64,000 nt of DNA from an uncultured Woeseiaceae bacterium (GCA_964275745.1 CAXYCT010000017.1:34171-98170), one strand, 5' to 3'; counted from the stretch's first letter, positions 30,422 through 40,057 are shown. Numbers and translations are program-made. Notes: generated by a model from the sequence alone, not told the origin.

Positions 30422-31252
30422 ATGAATATATACTTAAAGTTAACATCACTGTTGTTGATTTTGTTTGTTTTTTCTAGCTGTGAAAATTCCATCTCTGACG
30501 AAGCATTTGTTTTTATTCCCAAAGGATTAGTTGACATTGGTTCAGAGGATGGACTTGATTCTGAAAAACCAGTTAAAAGATATTCAGTCAATTCATTTTA
30601 TTTGGCAGCTCATCCAGTCATGGTTTCAGAGTTTAGAGAATTTATTGATGCCACAAATTATGTAACCGAAGCTGAGAAATACGGTGATTCAGGTGTATTT
30701 TCATTTGAAAATAAGCAATGGTATCTTCAGGAAGGCGCTTACTGGGAGTATCCTGCAGGGCAAAATAAAGATAAAGCAATAGATAACCATCCCGTTACAC
30801 AAGTAAGCTGGAATGATGCTCTTGCATATGCGACCTGGAAAGGAGAGAGATTGCCCACAGCAATAGAGTGGGAGCATGCCGCAAGAAATGGATCTAATAG
30901 TCGAACTAAATACCCATGGGGCGATAATATTAAAGTAAACAGTCAGCACAAAGCTAACGTCTGGCAAGGTGAATTTCCATTTATCAATACCAATGAAGAT
31001 GGTTTCATGATGACATCCTCTGTTAAGCAGTTTCCTGCATCACCAATAGGTCTTTATGATATGGCTGGTAACGTGTGGGAGTGGACGGATTCTGAATACG
31101 AAGAAGGTAACTCCAAATTAATGAAGACCATAAAAGGTGGTTCTTTTTTGTGTGATCCTGATTTTTGTCATGGCTATAGAGTTTCTGCGAGAATGGGAAC
31201 AACTCCCGATACAAGCCTCATGCATACAGGGTTTCGAACAGTTAAAAATTAA
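30422..31252 (+). CDS. Formylglycine-generating enzyme (SUMF1/FGE family), probable lipoprotein
   Basis: Lipobox FSSC, then RLPTAIEWEHAAR, GNVWEWT and GGSFLCDPDFCHGYR. The last retains the two catalytic cysteines seen in human FGE (GGSYMCHRSYCYRYR). Confidence 0.8.
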   Translation: MNIYLKLTSLLLILFVFSSCENSISDEAFVFIPKGLVDIGSEDGLDSEKPVKRYSVNSFYLAAHPVMVSEFREFIDATNYVTEAEKYGDSGVFSFENKQWYLQEGAYWEYPAGQNKDKAIDNHPVTQVSWNDALAYATWKGERLPTAIEWEHAARNGSNSRTKYPWGDNIKVNSQHKANVWQGEFPFINTNEDGFMMTSSVKQFPASPIGLYDMAGNVWEWTDSEYEEGNSKLMKTIKGGSFLCDPDFCHGYRVSARMGTTPDTSLMHTGFRTVKN

Positions 31253-31326
31253 AAAATAAAAGCATATAAAATTCTAATCAATAATATAGCTTTTATTCAT
31301 ATCTGGAATTACAAAGGTGTTTAATC

Positions 31327-31695
31327 ATGAAACTAAGAACAAAATCAAACTCAATCAGATTAAGATTAACTCAATCTGAGGTAGGGCAGATGAGTGCGAA
31401 AAAAATTGTTAAGGAAACCATAATTTTCCCCAACAGCGAAGCTCTTACTTATGAGTTAAAAGTAGTAAATGATGATCGAGATATAACAGCAAATTTCTAC
31501 AAAAGTACAATATCTATAGAGATTCCTGAGAGTGTTATTGATCGATGGTCTGGTTCAGATGAAGTATCAATATTGGGCTCAGTAAAGATAATTGACCAAG
31601 AGGAATTATCCATACTTGTCGAAAAAGATTTTCAATGCTTATCTCCTAGGGATGAGGATGAAACAGATATGTTTCCCAATCCAGATGATAGTTAA
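31327..31695 (+). CDS. Hypothetical protein (122 aa)
   Basis: An ORF with a plausible RBS. The N-terminus MKLRTKSNSIRLRLTQSEV resembles a small conserved family I recall as DUF7009 (unverified). Confidence 0.5.
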   Translation: MKLRTKSNSIRLRLTQSEVGQMSAKKIVKETIIFPNSEALTYELKVVNDDRDITANFYKSTISIEIPESVIDRWSGSDEVSILGSVKIIDQEELSILVEKDFQCLSPRDEDETDMFPNPDDS

Positions 31696-31728
31696 ATAAA
31701 ATATACAATAATTAAAACGAGATCTAAT

Positions 31729-32334
31729 ATGACTTGGATTAAGACAGTTAAATTTGAAGAAGCGATCGGTGAAGTTAAGGAGTTATATCAGCGAATAAAG
31801 GGCCCTAATGATAATGTTGATAATATTATGATGGCACATAGTTTGAGGCCTCACTCAATGGTGGGGCATATGGCGCTTTATAAAAATGTTATTCATCATC
31901 CTCGCAATACATTGCCAAAATGGTTGTTAGAAGCAATAGGTGTTTGTGTGAGCAGCATTAATAATTGTGATTATTGCCTTGAGCATCATTACGAAGGAAT
32001 GCGAAAGCTCTTAAATGATGAAGAAAGATCAAAAAATATTCGTATCGCATTGGTGCGATGTAAGGCTGAAGAAGTATTCGAGGGTATTGAGCTGGCTGCA
32101 ATTATGTATTCAGTTAAATTAACTTTAACACCAGAAAAAATTTCATTAAATGACATTGAAGGACTCAGAGAAACTGGTCTTGACGATGGGCAAATTCTTG
32201 AAATTAATCAAGTGGCAGCATATTTCGCCTACGCAAATCGAATGGTTTTGGGTTTGGGGGTGAATGAAGATGGGGATATTATTGGGCTCTCTCCCAATGA
32301 TAGCGATGATATCGATAATTGGAGTCATTCCTAA
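31729..32334 (+). CDS. Carboxymuconolactone decarboxylase/AhpD-like peroxidase-related protein
   Basis: CxxC motif in the context NNCDYCLEHH, at about 200 aa, typical of the CMD-domain 'peroxidase-related enzyme' family. Confidence 0.65.
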   Translation: MTWIKTVKFEEAIGEVKELYQRIKGPNDNVDNIMMAHSLRPHSMVGHMALYKNVIHHPRNTLPKWLLEAIGVCVSSINNCDYCLEHHYEGMRKLLNDEERSKNIRIALVRCKAEEVFEGIELAAIMYSVKLTLTPEKISLNDIEGLRETGLDDGQILEINQVAAYFAYANRMVLGLGVNEDGDIIGLSPNDSDDIDNWSHS

Positions 32335-32366
32335 TTTACAACTTATCGATTTTTCAAGAGTAATTG

Positions 32367-34295
32367 ATGAGTAAAATACTTTGGCAGCCCAACGATAGTA
32401 GTCTCAGAAGCTCTGCAATGTATCGATTTATGTGCATGCATGGGTATGATAATTATAATGATCTTCATCATTGGTCAATTACTGAGCGTGAGAAATTTTG
32501 GATTAGCATTATTAATTTTTGTGGTATCCGCTTTTCTAAACCATATAAATATGCGTTAACAGAAAATGATGGTATGGCATCTGCAAAATGGTTTTCTGGT
32601 GGAGAATTAAATTTTGCTGAACATTTGCTCAAGAATAATGGAAATCAACCTGCCATCATTTTTCGGGGAGAAAAAGGTCTTAGATCTGAGTTGAGCTTCG
32701 ATGAATTGAGAAATCAAGTTGCCTCAGTAGCCAAATATCTCAAAGAAATAGGGTTAAAGAAGAACGATTGTGTTGCTGCTTTTTTACCAAATTGTCCTGA
32801 AGCAATTATTGCGATGTTAGCTTGCAGCAGTTTGGGTATCATTTGGTCCTCATGTTCTCCAGATTTTGGACTAGAAGGTGTAGTGGATCGATTTGGTCAA
32901 ATATCTCCAAAATTATTAATTACTGCCAATGCTTATTTATACAATGGTCAGCAATATGAATCATTAACATTGGTAAGTAAGATTGTTAAAAGAATACCTA
33001 GTATTCAAAGCACCTTGTTGGTTTGTTTTATTGATGATGATACGGAGATAAATTTTAGTGTTGATGAGACTTTATGGGATGATGTTATTAGTGTCAAAGC
33101 AGATCTAGAGTTTATTGCATTACCCTTTGACCATCCTTTATATATTTTATATTCATCAGGAACAACAGGTGCCCCTAAATGTATTGTACATGGTGCGGGT
33201 GGGACCCTAATACAGCATATGAAAGAGCATATTCTGCATTACGATATTAACTCAAATGATCGTTTGTTTTACTATACTACCTGCGGTTGGATGATGTGGA
33301 ATTGGATGGTTAGTGGATTAGCAGCTGGTGCGACTCTTGTTATTTATGATGGCTCACCTTTTTATGAGGAAGGCAGAATATTATGGAGATTAGCTGAAGA
33401 AGAAAAAATATCTGTTTTTGGAGTGAGTGCGAAATATATCTCAGCTCAGGAAAAAGCAAAAATAAAACCAAGTCTGGAATATAATCTAGATTCATTAAGA
33501 ACTCTTCTATCTACAGGATCACCTTTAGCACCCCAAGGCTTTGATTATGTGTATAAAAATGTGTCAAATGATCTGCAACTATCATCAATCTCTGGTGGTA
33601 CTGATATTATCTCATGTTTTGTTTCTGGTAACCCAATCTTACCAGTGAGAAGAGGAGAATTGCAGTGTCTGGGGCTTGGCATGTCTGTTGAAATATTCAA
33701 TGATTCTGGGCAATCAGTGATTGAGAAGAGTGGGGAGTTAGTTTGCTCTAGAGCAGCACCATGCATGCCTATATATTTCTGGAATGACGCCAATAAAGAG
33801 AAGTATCATGCGGCATATTATGAAAAGTATCCTGGTATATGGTGCCAAGGTGATTATGCAGTTATGACTGCATCAAATGGTATGATTATTCATGGTAGGT
33901 CTGACACGGTATTGAATCCTGGAGGGGTTCGTATTGGGACGGCAGATATATATCGTCAAGTTGAAAAACTTGAGGAAGTTGAGGAAAGTATCGTCGTGGG
34001 TCAGAGCTGGAATTATGATGTGAGAATTATTCTATTCGTAGTATTAAAAGATGGTTTGATTTTAGATAAACAGCTTAAATTATCTATATGTAATGTTATT
34101 AGAAAGAATACGACGCCTAGACATGTGCCTGAGAAAATCATTCAGATTAAAGAAATACCTAGAACACGAAGTGGAAAACTTGTTGAACTCTCTGTTAGAA
34201 GTGTTATACACGGAGAAGAGGTAAAAAATAAAGAAGCACTTGCAAACCCTGAATCATTAGAAAATTTCAGGGACTTATTAGAGCTGCAGAGTTGA
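32367..34295 (+). CDS. Acetoacetate-CoA ligase (acetoacetyl-CoA synthetase)
   Basis: About 640 aa, with the AMP-binding motif YSSGTTGAPKCIVH and N-terminal ILWQP...F... plus C-terminal ...IPRTRSGK patterns typical of AacS. ATG 32367 is preferred to TTG 32364. Confidence 0.8.
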   Translation: MSKILWQPNDSSLRSSAMYRFMCMHGYDNYNDLHHWSITEREKFWISIINFCGIRFSKPYKYALTENDGMASAKWFSGGELNFAEHLLKNNGNQPAIIFRGEKGLRSELSFDELRNQVASVAKYLKEIGLKKNDCVAAFLPNCPEAIIAMLACSSLGIIWSSCSPDFGLEGVVDRFGQISPKLLITANAYLYNGQQYESLTLVSKIVKRIPSIQSTLLVCFIDDDTEINFSVDETLWDDVISVKADLEFIALPFDHPLYILYSSGTTGAPKCIVHGAGGTLIQHMKEHILHYDINSNDRLFYYTTCGWMMWNWMVSGLAAGATLVIYDGSPFYEEGRILWRLAEEEKISVFGVSAKYISAQEKAKIKPSLEYNLDSLRTLLSTGSPLAPQGFDYVYKNVSNDLQLSSISGGTDIISCFVSGNPILPVRRGELQCLGLGMSVEIFNDSGQSVIEKSGELVCSRAAPCMPIYFWNDANKEKYHAAYYEKYPGIWCQGDYAVMTASNGMIIHGRSDTVLNPGGVRIGTADIYRQVEKLEEVEESIVVGQSWNYDVRIILFVVLKDGLILDKQLKLSICNVIRKNTTPRHVPEKIIQIKEIPRTRSGKLVELSVRSVIHGEEVKNKEALANPESLENFRDLLELQS

Positions 34296-34297
34296 TA

Positions 34298-34813
34298 ATG
34301 ATGAAAAATAAATTAGACAAACTATATACTACTCAAGGGAAAGTAATTCCTGAGTGGATCGATATCAATGGTCATATGAATGTTGCTTATTATCTAAGAG
34401 CTTTTGATTTAGCTGTTGATAAACAATGGATTCAATTAGGAATGACGCAAGAATATATAGAGGTTGAGAAATTTTCGACTTTTTCTGTTGAGTGTCATAT
34501 CACCTATCAAAAAGAAATGAAGCTAGATGAAGAATTTATAATCGAATCGTCGATATTGGCCTATGATGAAAAACGAATTCATCTTTTTCAAACTATGCTA
34601 AATGCAAATAATAAAGAAATTACAGCAACGGCAGAATGGATGATTTTACATATAAATATGCGAACTCGAAAAGTCGCTCCATGGTCAGACAAAATTCTGG
34701 AATCAATAGAAAAAATGGTTTCAAATCAGGTAATTGCTAATTGGCCAAAAGAAGCTGGCAAAAAGATGGGTATCAAAATACCACTTTATTCTTTATTGGA
34801 CGAAGAGAATTAA
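34298..34813 (+). CDS. Acyl-CoA thioesterase (4HBT-type hot-dog fold)
   Basis: About 170 aa, with the DINGHMNVAYYLRAFD pattern. It follows the ligase stop (34293-34295) directly. The exact start is uncertain (ATG 34298 or 34301; the ORF opens at TTG 34292). Confidence 0.6.
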   Translation: MMKNKLDKLYTTQGKVIPEWIDINGHMNVAYYLRAFDLAVDKQWIQLGMTQEYIEVEKFSTFSVECHITYQKEMKLDEEFIIESSILAYDEKRIHLFQTMLNANNKEITATAEWMILHINMRTRKVAPWSDKILESIEKMVSNQVIANWPKEAGKKMGIKIPLYSLLDEEN

Positions 34814-36219
34814 GAATTACTCTTTATCTTTATCGGAAGTTTTATTTTAATCTCGAAATTATCTTTTGATGTAATGGCTTGTATTGTTCCCTTATTTAAT
34901 TCAATACCCTGTTTGGCAATGGCCAGCCCAAGACCAGAACCACTCTCATTTTCTTTTGTGTCTAATTGCTTTGATCGGTGAAAGGGTTCGAATATTTTTT
35001 CGCTATCTGATTGATTGACGCCTGAGCCATTATCGATCACTGATATTTGAATAATTTCTCTCTCTTTTGTTATTTCAAATAAGATGTCAGCACTGTTTGG
35101 TCCATATTTCACTGCATTACGTAAAATATTTTCTAGTGCACTTTTAAGAATAGATTCGTAACCAAAAAAATCTATACCAGGTATTGTCTTGAGAATTATT
35201 TTGTTATTTATTACTGAATTATTTTTGAATTCAAAATTAATATTTTCAATAACCTCATTTGCTAGTTCATTAAGGTTCATATATTTTTGAGGCTCATTTT
35301 TTGAGGCATCTAAACTAGAATATTTTAAGATACTACCAATTAACTCATCCAAAATAGTAATTTCTTTTTTGATTCGAAGGTATTCGATTTCACCATCGAT
35401 ATTTTTTTGATGAGCAATATCTAGCGCAACTAGCATTCTTGCCAGAGGAGAGCGAAGTTCATGCGAGATATTCCGAAGTAATTCTTCCGCCTGTTCTTCA
35501 TATTGAGATAATTTTCCGGACATTCTATTTATGTCACGAGCTAGGCTACCAATTTCATCTTTTCGATCACTTACCGATTCTGATACTTTAGTTAAGAAGT
35601 TACCACCAGCAATTGAGCGAGTTGCGTGTTTAAAATGCCTTATAGGCTTGGTTATGGCGCGTGAGAGTATATATGAGACTGAAATACTCAATAACATGAC
35701 ACAGATAAAAATTAACCAACGCATATTGTCATTAAATAAACCCTCCAAGGAGGTATTTTTTGGAAAAAAGTATAATTCAAAAATCTTTTTGTCTGGTCCA
35801 ATAAGAACAGATATTGAGTTTGCAGGTCTTAAATTATCTGGAATAATAAGATTTCTTCGCTCAGATTTTGTCCTTTTTAATTTTGGATTATGATGAGAGA
35901 GTTCAAAATGATTTTGCCAATTAACAATTCTTCTGGGAACCTTTCTTCCCAAAATATCTTCTTTGTTGTTATTCAGAAGAAATATTCTGAGTGGATATTG
36001 ATCTCTGTTATCAATATTTTTTAACCAAATTTTTAAGCCAGAGTATCCTTGTGTATTTAATATTTCTCCTGCTCTGATAACAGTCTCATCGATTTCAAAA
36101 TTAGTATAAATTTGTTCCATACGTTGATGATAGTAATAACCAGCCAAAGCCGCAAAGGTCATGGTGACAATAATTATCAACCAAAATGACGCAAAAATTC
36201 GAATAAATATATTTTTCAT
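34810..36219 (-). CDS. Sensor histidine kinase, CpxA-like
   Basis: It has two TM segments flanking a periplasmic region, a HAMP region, the H-box SHELRSPLARM, the N-box LRNAVKY and the G-boxes DNGSGV/GSGLGLAIAK. Confidence 0.85.
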   Translation of the reverse strand: MKNIFIRIFASFWLIIIVTMTFAALAGYYYHQRMEQIYTNFEIDETVIRAGEILNTQGYSGLKIWLKNIDNRDQYPLRIFLLNNNKEDILGRKVPRRIVNWQNHFELSHHNPKLKRTKSERRNLIIPDNLRPANSISVLIGPDKKIFELYFFPKNTSLEGLFNDNMRWLIFICVMLLSISVSYILSRAITKPIRHFKHATRSIAGGNFLTKVSESVSDRKDEIGSLARDINRMSGKLSQYEEQAEELLRNISHELRSPLARMLVALDIAHQKNIDGEIEYLRIKKEITILDELIGSILKYSSLDASKNEPQKYMNLNELANEVIENINFEFKNNSVINNKIILKTIPGIDFFGYESILKSALENILRNAVKYGPNSADILFEITKEREIIQISVIDNGSGVNQSDSEKIFEPFHRSKQLDTKENESGSGLGLAIAKQGIELNKGTIQAITSKDNFEIKIKLPIKIKSNS

Positions 36220-36227
36220 AGTTTAAA

Positions 36228-36935
36228 TTATTGATCGCCTATTAAGGCGTACCCAACTCCTCTTTGGCTATAGATAATGTCTTTTATTGCACCTAGTTTT
36301 TTAAGTTTTGTCCTTATATTGCTTATATGAGTATCAATACTTCTGTCGTAAGGAACGAATGAGCGCCCTAATGCATATTCACTTAATTCATCTTTATCCA
36401 CTGTATTACCTTGATTTATGGTAAGACAGGACAGTATTTCAAATTCTGTCCCAGTTAGTGTTAAGTTTAGATTATTGTATTTTGCTTGACGTGATTTTGC
36501 TGACAATTCAATCAGACCATAAGAGATATGATCTTGCTTGACATATTGTGATGAACGTCGAAGGATTGCTTTAATTCTTGCTAATAACTCTGGTGTACTA
36601 AAAGGTTTAGGAAGATAATCGTCAGCTCCAAGCTCAAGACCTAATATGCGATCTTTTTCTTCACCACTGGCCGTGAGCATTATTATAGGGATCGGATTAT
36701 CTTTTCTGATCTCTTTTAAGGTTGTTAATCCTGATATCCCCGGCAACATGATGTCTAAAATCAATAAATCATAATGGCCTAAAGAGCTAAGTGCATTTTC
36801 TTTGATTAGAGTAATTGCATGTTCACCACTGTGACAAGCCTCAACGTCTAATTGATATTGCGATAGAAAATCTTGCAATAATTCGCAAAGTTTTTTGTCA
36901 TCATCAATTAAAAGAATACTTTTTTTGCTGCTCAT
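36228..36935 (-). CDS. OmpR-family response regulator, CpxR-like
   Basis: The receiver domain (LLIDDD...LLILDIMLPG...K) plus a winged-helix output (…IDTHISNIRTKL…RGVGYAL). Confidence 0.9.
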   Translation of the reverse strand: MSSKKSILLIDDDKKLCELLQDFLSQYQLDVEACHSGEHAITLIKENALSSLGHYDLLILDIMLPGISGLTTLKEIRKDNPIPIIMLTASGEEKDRILGLELGADDYLPKPFSTPELLARIKAILRRSSQYVKQDHISYGLIELSAKSRQAKYNNLNLTLTGTEFEILSCLTINQGNTVDKDELSEYALGRSFVPYDRSIDTHISNIRTKLKKLGAIKDIIYSQRGVGYALIGDQ

Positions 36936-37108
36936 TATTTATTAAGCCTTAATTTTTTATAATATGTTTATTGTATTTTTGCATGCAAAGTTAATAATTA
37001 TTCTAATCTTTAACAATTCTTGACAATAATAAAAGATAATTGACAGTTATTTTAAGACTAATAAATTACTATTATTTAATAATAACCTTTATTAAGAGTT
37101 GAATAAGC

Positions 37109-37642
37109 ATGATAAATATTAAAATTATACTAATGGTATTAATGATGATGTTTGCATGCACTGTATCTGCAGATGATCCTGAAACTAAAGAAATGTTATG
37201 GGGTGGAAAATTTGAGAAGATATCAAAATTTTTAAATTTAGATTTAGATCAGCAGAAAACCATTAAATCCATAATGTATTCCTTATCTGAGGAAATGGGA
37301 AAGAATAAAGAGAGGTTAACAAGACAAAAGAAAGCTTTGATAAAGCTTGATCCTAATGAGGATGACTATAAGAATAAACTTCTAGAACTATCAAATGAAA
37401 CGACTGTATTGATAAAAGAGCAGATAATGTTGCGAGGTCTATCTCGCGAAAAAATCAATGACGAGCTTGATGCTGATCAGCGTAAACTGCTAGACAAAGT
37501 ATTTACTAATATTGATTCTAAGGAATTAAAAAGAAATAAATTTAAACGAAACAGTGACGAAAAAAAATCTGATCATAATATGAGAAAAATGAATGATAAA
37601 TTAGATCGACGACTGAAAAAAAAGCGACGAGACAAGAGTTAG
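37109..37642 (+). CDS. Periplasmic CpxP/Spy-like protein (tentative)
   Basis: It has a signal peptide, a helical Lys/Glu-rich sequence, two LxxQ-type motifs (DLDQQK, DADQRK) and a basic tail. It is divergent from the CpxRA-like pair, as cpxP is in E. coli. Confidence 0.4.
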   Translation: MINIKIILMVLMMMFACTVSADDPETKEMLWGGKFEKISKFLNLDLDQQKTIKSIMYSLSEEMGKNKERLTRQKKALIKLDPNEDDYKNKLLELSNETTVLIKEQIMLRGLSREKINDELDADQRKLLDKVFTNIDSKELKRNKFKRNSDEKKSDHNMRKMNDKLDRRLKKKRRDKS

Positions 37643-37668
37643 CTGAACTTAATATTTCCTCTATTAAA

Positions 37669-37694
37669 GCGGTCATTTATTGACCGTTTTTTTT
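37669..37694 (+). terminator. Rho-independent terminator
   Basis: Hairpin GCGGTCA-TTTAT-TGACCGT followed by a T8 run. Confidence 0.65.
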
Positions 37695-37854
37695 ATTTAA
37701 ACGTAATAAATTGTATGTATTTATATGGTTACCCTAATAAAGTAAATAAAATAAGGTTATATTTAGTAATAGCTAAGACACCATGAAGTTTTCAAGGGTG
37801 GCAAGGTTTGAATTTAATGTTAATGTAAAACATCAAGAATGACTGGGGATTTTT

Positions 37855-38789
37855 ATGCTGATTCAAAAATATTTTGTTGGTTTAATCTTAATTATATTGT
37901 TGCAAAGTTGTGGAGTGACATACAGCGGTATTGGTGGGGTATGTCTGGTTCTTCAGGTGGTAGCAGCAGCAGTGGCGGTATGTCTGGTTCTTCAGGTGGT
38001 AGCAGCAGCAGTGGCGGTATGTCTGGTTCTTCAGGTGGTAGCAGCAGCAGTGGCGGTATGTCTGGTTCTTCAGGTGGTAGCAGCAGCAGTGGCGGTATGT
38101 CTGGTTCTTCAGGTGGTAGCAGCAGCAGTGGCGGTATGTCTGGTTCTTCAGGTGGTAGCAGCAGCAGTGGCGGTATGTCTGGTTCTTCAGGTGGTAGCAG
38201 CAGCAGTGGCGGTATGTCTGGTTCTTCAGGTGGTAGCAGCAGCAGTGGCGGTATGTCTGGTTCTTCAGGTGGTAGCAGCAGCAGTGGCGGTATGTCTGGT
38301 TCTTCAGGTGGAATTCGTGGTATGGATGGCCGAGGGTCAGGAAACCAACAAAATAGTGGCATGAATTACCCAAGTGAAACAAATGCTGAAAAACAAGCTA
38401 GACTTGAGGGTGATCTCGAGAGATCAGTTGGCGGGCTAGATGAGGTTCTAGGTCAAGAACAAAAAGAGATAGATTCAGTGGGTCGCAACACAGAAGGTTT
38501 TGGTGGAGACTCAAGAAATGGAGGTGGCGTTGGTCTTGGAAAACAGTCATCAGGAGGTGGTCAGAGAGGTGGTGAAGGGGATATTTCCAGCTCAAATGCT
38601 AGCCCAAAAACTGCATCTGTTGGCCAATTGAGTCAGGAGGAAATAGATGCTAGGACACCTGATGATATTCCTGATCTAATCAGTGAAGATATAGTCGCAA
38701 AGCAGTTGCGCGAAGCCGCTCTAACTGAGGGAGATGTAAAACTAAGAGAGCGATTATGGGAAGAGTATAGGAATTACAATCGATTATAA
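37855..38789 (+). CDS. Ser/Gly-repeat lipoprotein, with signal peptide and body out of frame by 1 nt as given
   Basis: The lipoprotein leader MLIQKYFVGLILIILLQSCG is in the frame of 37855. The repeat body (MSGSSGGSSSSGG)x9.5 plus a 160-aa C-terminal region is in the frame of 37839..38789. One C missing at about 37937 relative to the repeat consensus (GTGGCGGT vs GTGGGGT) separates the two. Confidence 0.55.
37941..38311 (+). repeat. Perfect 39-bp tandem repeat, 9.5 copies
   Basis: The unit ATGTCTGGTTCTTCAGGTGGTAGCAGCAGCAGTGGCGGT starts at 37941 + 39k (k = 0..9) with no substitutions. The last copy is truncated after 20 nt. Confidence 0.95.
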
Positions 38790-38823
38790 ATAAGAATAAT
38801 CAAACTATTTTGGTGCATAAAAA

Positions 38824-40044
38824 ATGAAGATTTTTTTTATAATATGTATAACCTTGATTATAACTCCAGCTTGTACGGTTTCGGAGGTTATTGATGCAGA
38901 TAGAACAACTTTGGATATTGCCAGTTTAAATATATCCGAGAACTTATTATTGGATGTTGGTGTGGTTAAATTTGATCCTGGAATCCCAGAAGAAAATGAT
39001 GCTGATAAGACTGGTATTTATGAAGAGATAAGAGAAACAGAGTCTCGATTTTTTCCTTATCACATCAAAGCAACACTTGAAAAAACTGGATATTGGGGCT
39101 CAGTCAGAGTTATCCCCTCAAGAACTGTCATTACAGATGTAATTATTAGTGGAAGGATTATTCGATCAGATGGAGAATATGCTTCTTTGTTAATAAAAGT
39201 CGAGGATATTACCGGTGAAGAGTGGTTTTCTCGAGAATACTCTACACAAACAGGATTAAGGTCATATTCTGAGGGTAGAGATAGGGCTGTAGATCCCTAC
39301 CAAAAGATTTTTAATGATTTTGCAAATGACTTACGTTTTTTCGCCGCTTCATTGCACTCCTCCGACAATAAAAGAATTCAACAGATCTCAGAGCTAATGT
39401 TTTTTACAAATATGGTGCCTTCTGTCTATGAACCATACTTAAGTAATAAAAATAACTTCATTCAACTTGTAAGGCTGCCCCCAGAAAATGATCCAATGGT
39501 AAAAAGACTTCGTGGAATTAGAGAGCGTGATCGATTGGTTGTTGATTCCATCAATGAGCATTATGCTAATTATTATTATGGTGTTGCTTTACCCTATGAA
39601 GGCTGGAGAAAAAAAGCGCGTGAAAACCAAGTTAGTATTAGGGATACGAAGCGGGCTGCGACTGTTAGAGCACTAATAGGTGTAGCTGTTACTGCAGGCT
39701 CGATGAATATGGATACCAGAGATACAAGTCGCTCAAGAAGAAATATAAAAAGAGCCACTCAGAGTGTTGGAATGGACCGTGGAATTAGAACAATAATAGA
39801 GGCTTGGCAGTTAAGACAATCAACAAACTCTTATCGTGCACAAATTGGAGAATTGTCTGAGTCGTTTATCGCTGAGGCAGCACCTTTGGTTATAGAGGTA
39901 GAAGGGCAATCAAGACGATTAACGGGTACTGCCGAATCGCAATACGAGGGCTGGAGAAAGATTTTAAAAGAAATAAATCAACTTGAAACAGAGATTCCTA
40001 GTCTAGAAGTGATTGAAGAGCCTCTTCAAATTAGCGATCAATAG
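38824..40044 (+). CDS. Lipoprotein of unknown function (406 aa)
   Basis: Lipobox LIITPAC. It sits 34 nt after the previous gene. I recognise no family. Confidence 0.65.
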   Translation: MKIFFIICITLIITPACTVSEVIDADRTTLDIASLNISENLLLDVGVVKFDPGIPEENDADKTGIYEEIRETESRFFPYHIKATLEKTGYWGSVRVIPSRTVITDVIISGRIIRSDGEYASLLIKVEDITGEEWFSREYSTQTGLRSYSEGRDRAVDPYQKIFNDFANDLRFFAASLHSSDNKRIQQISELMFFTNMVPSVYEPYLSNKNNFIQLVRLPPENDPMVKRLRGIRERDRLVVDSINEHYANYYYGVALPYEGWRKKARENQVSIRDTKRAATVRALIGVAVTAGSMNMDTRDTSRSRRNIKRATQSVGMDRGIRTIIEAWQLRQSTNSYRAQIGELSESFIAEAAPLVIEVEGQSRRLTGTAESQYEGWRKILKEINQLETEIPSLEVIEEPLQISDQ

Positions 40045-40057
40045 ATAAATAATTGTT

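Noticed and set aside
30376-30591. The minus-strand 71-aa ORF overlapping the FGE gene start.
   Set aside because: It overlaps the FGE start region, which has a clear GGAGG RBS and lipoprotein signal on the + strand. It has no supporting features.
37941-38311. The regular 39-bp periodicity could suggest a CRISPR array.
   Set aside because: The units are directly abutting with no spacers. They are in-frame (13 codons) inside a long ORF that continues for 160 further codons. This is a coding tandem repeat.
37855-38382. ORF-track entries 37855..38364 (+, VCLVLQVVAAAVA repeats), 37888..38382 (-) and 37892..38362 (-) as separate genes.
   Set aside because: These are alternative-frame and antisense read-throughs kept open only by the stop-free repeat unit. 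Only the first ~28 codons of the 37855 frame (the lipoprotein signal peptide) look genuine, and only the 37839-frame reading continues into non-repetitive sequence.
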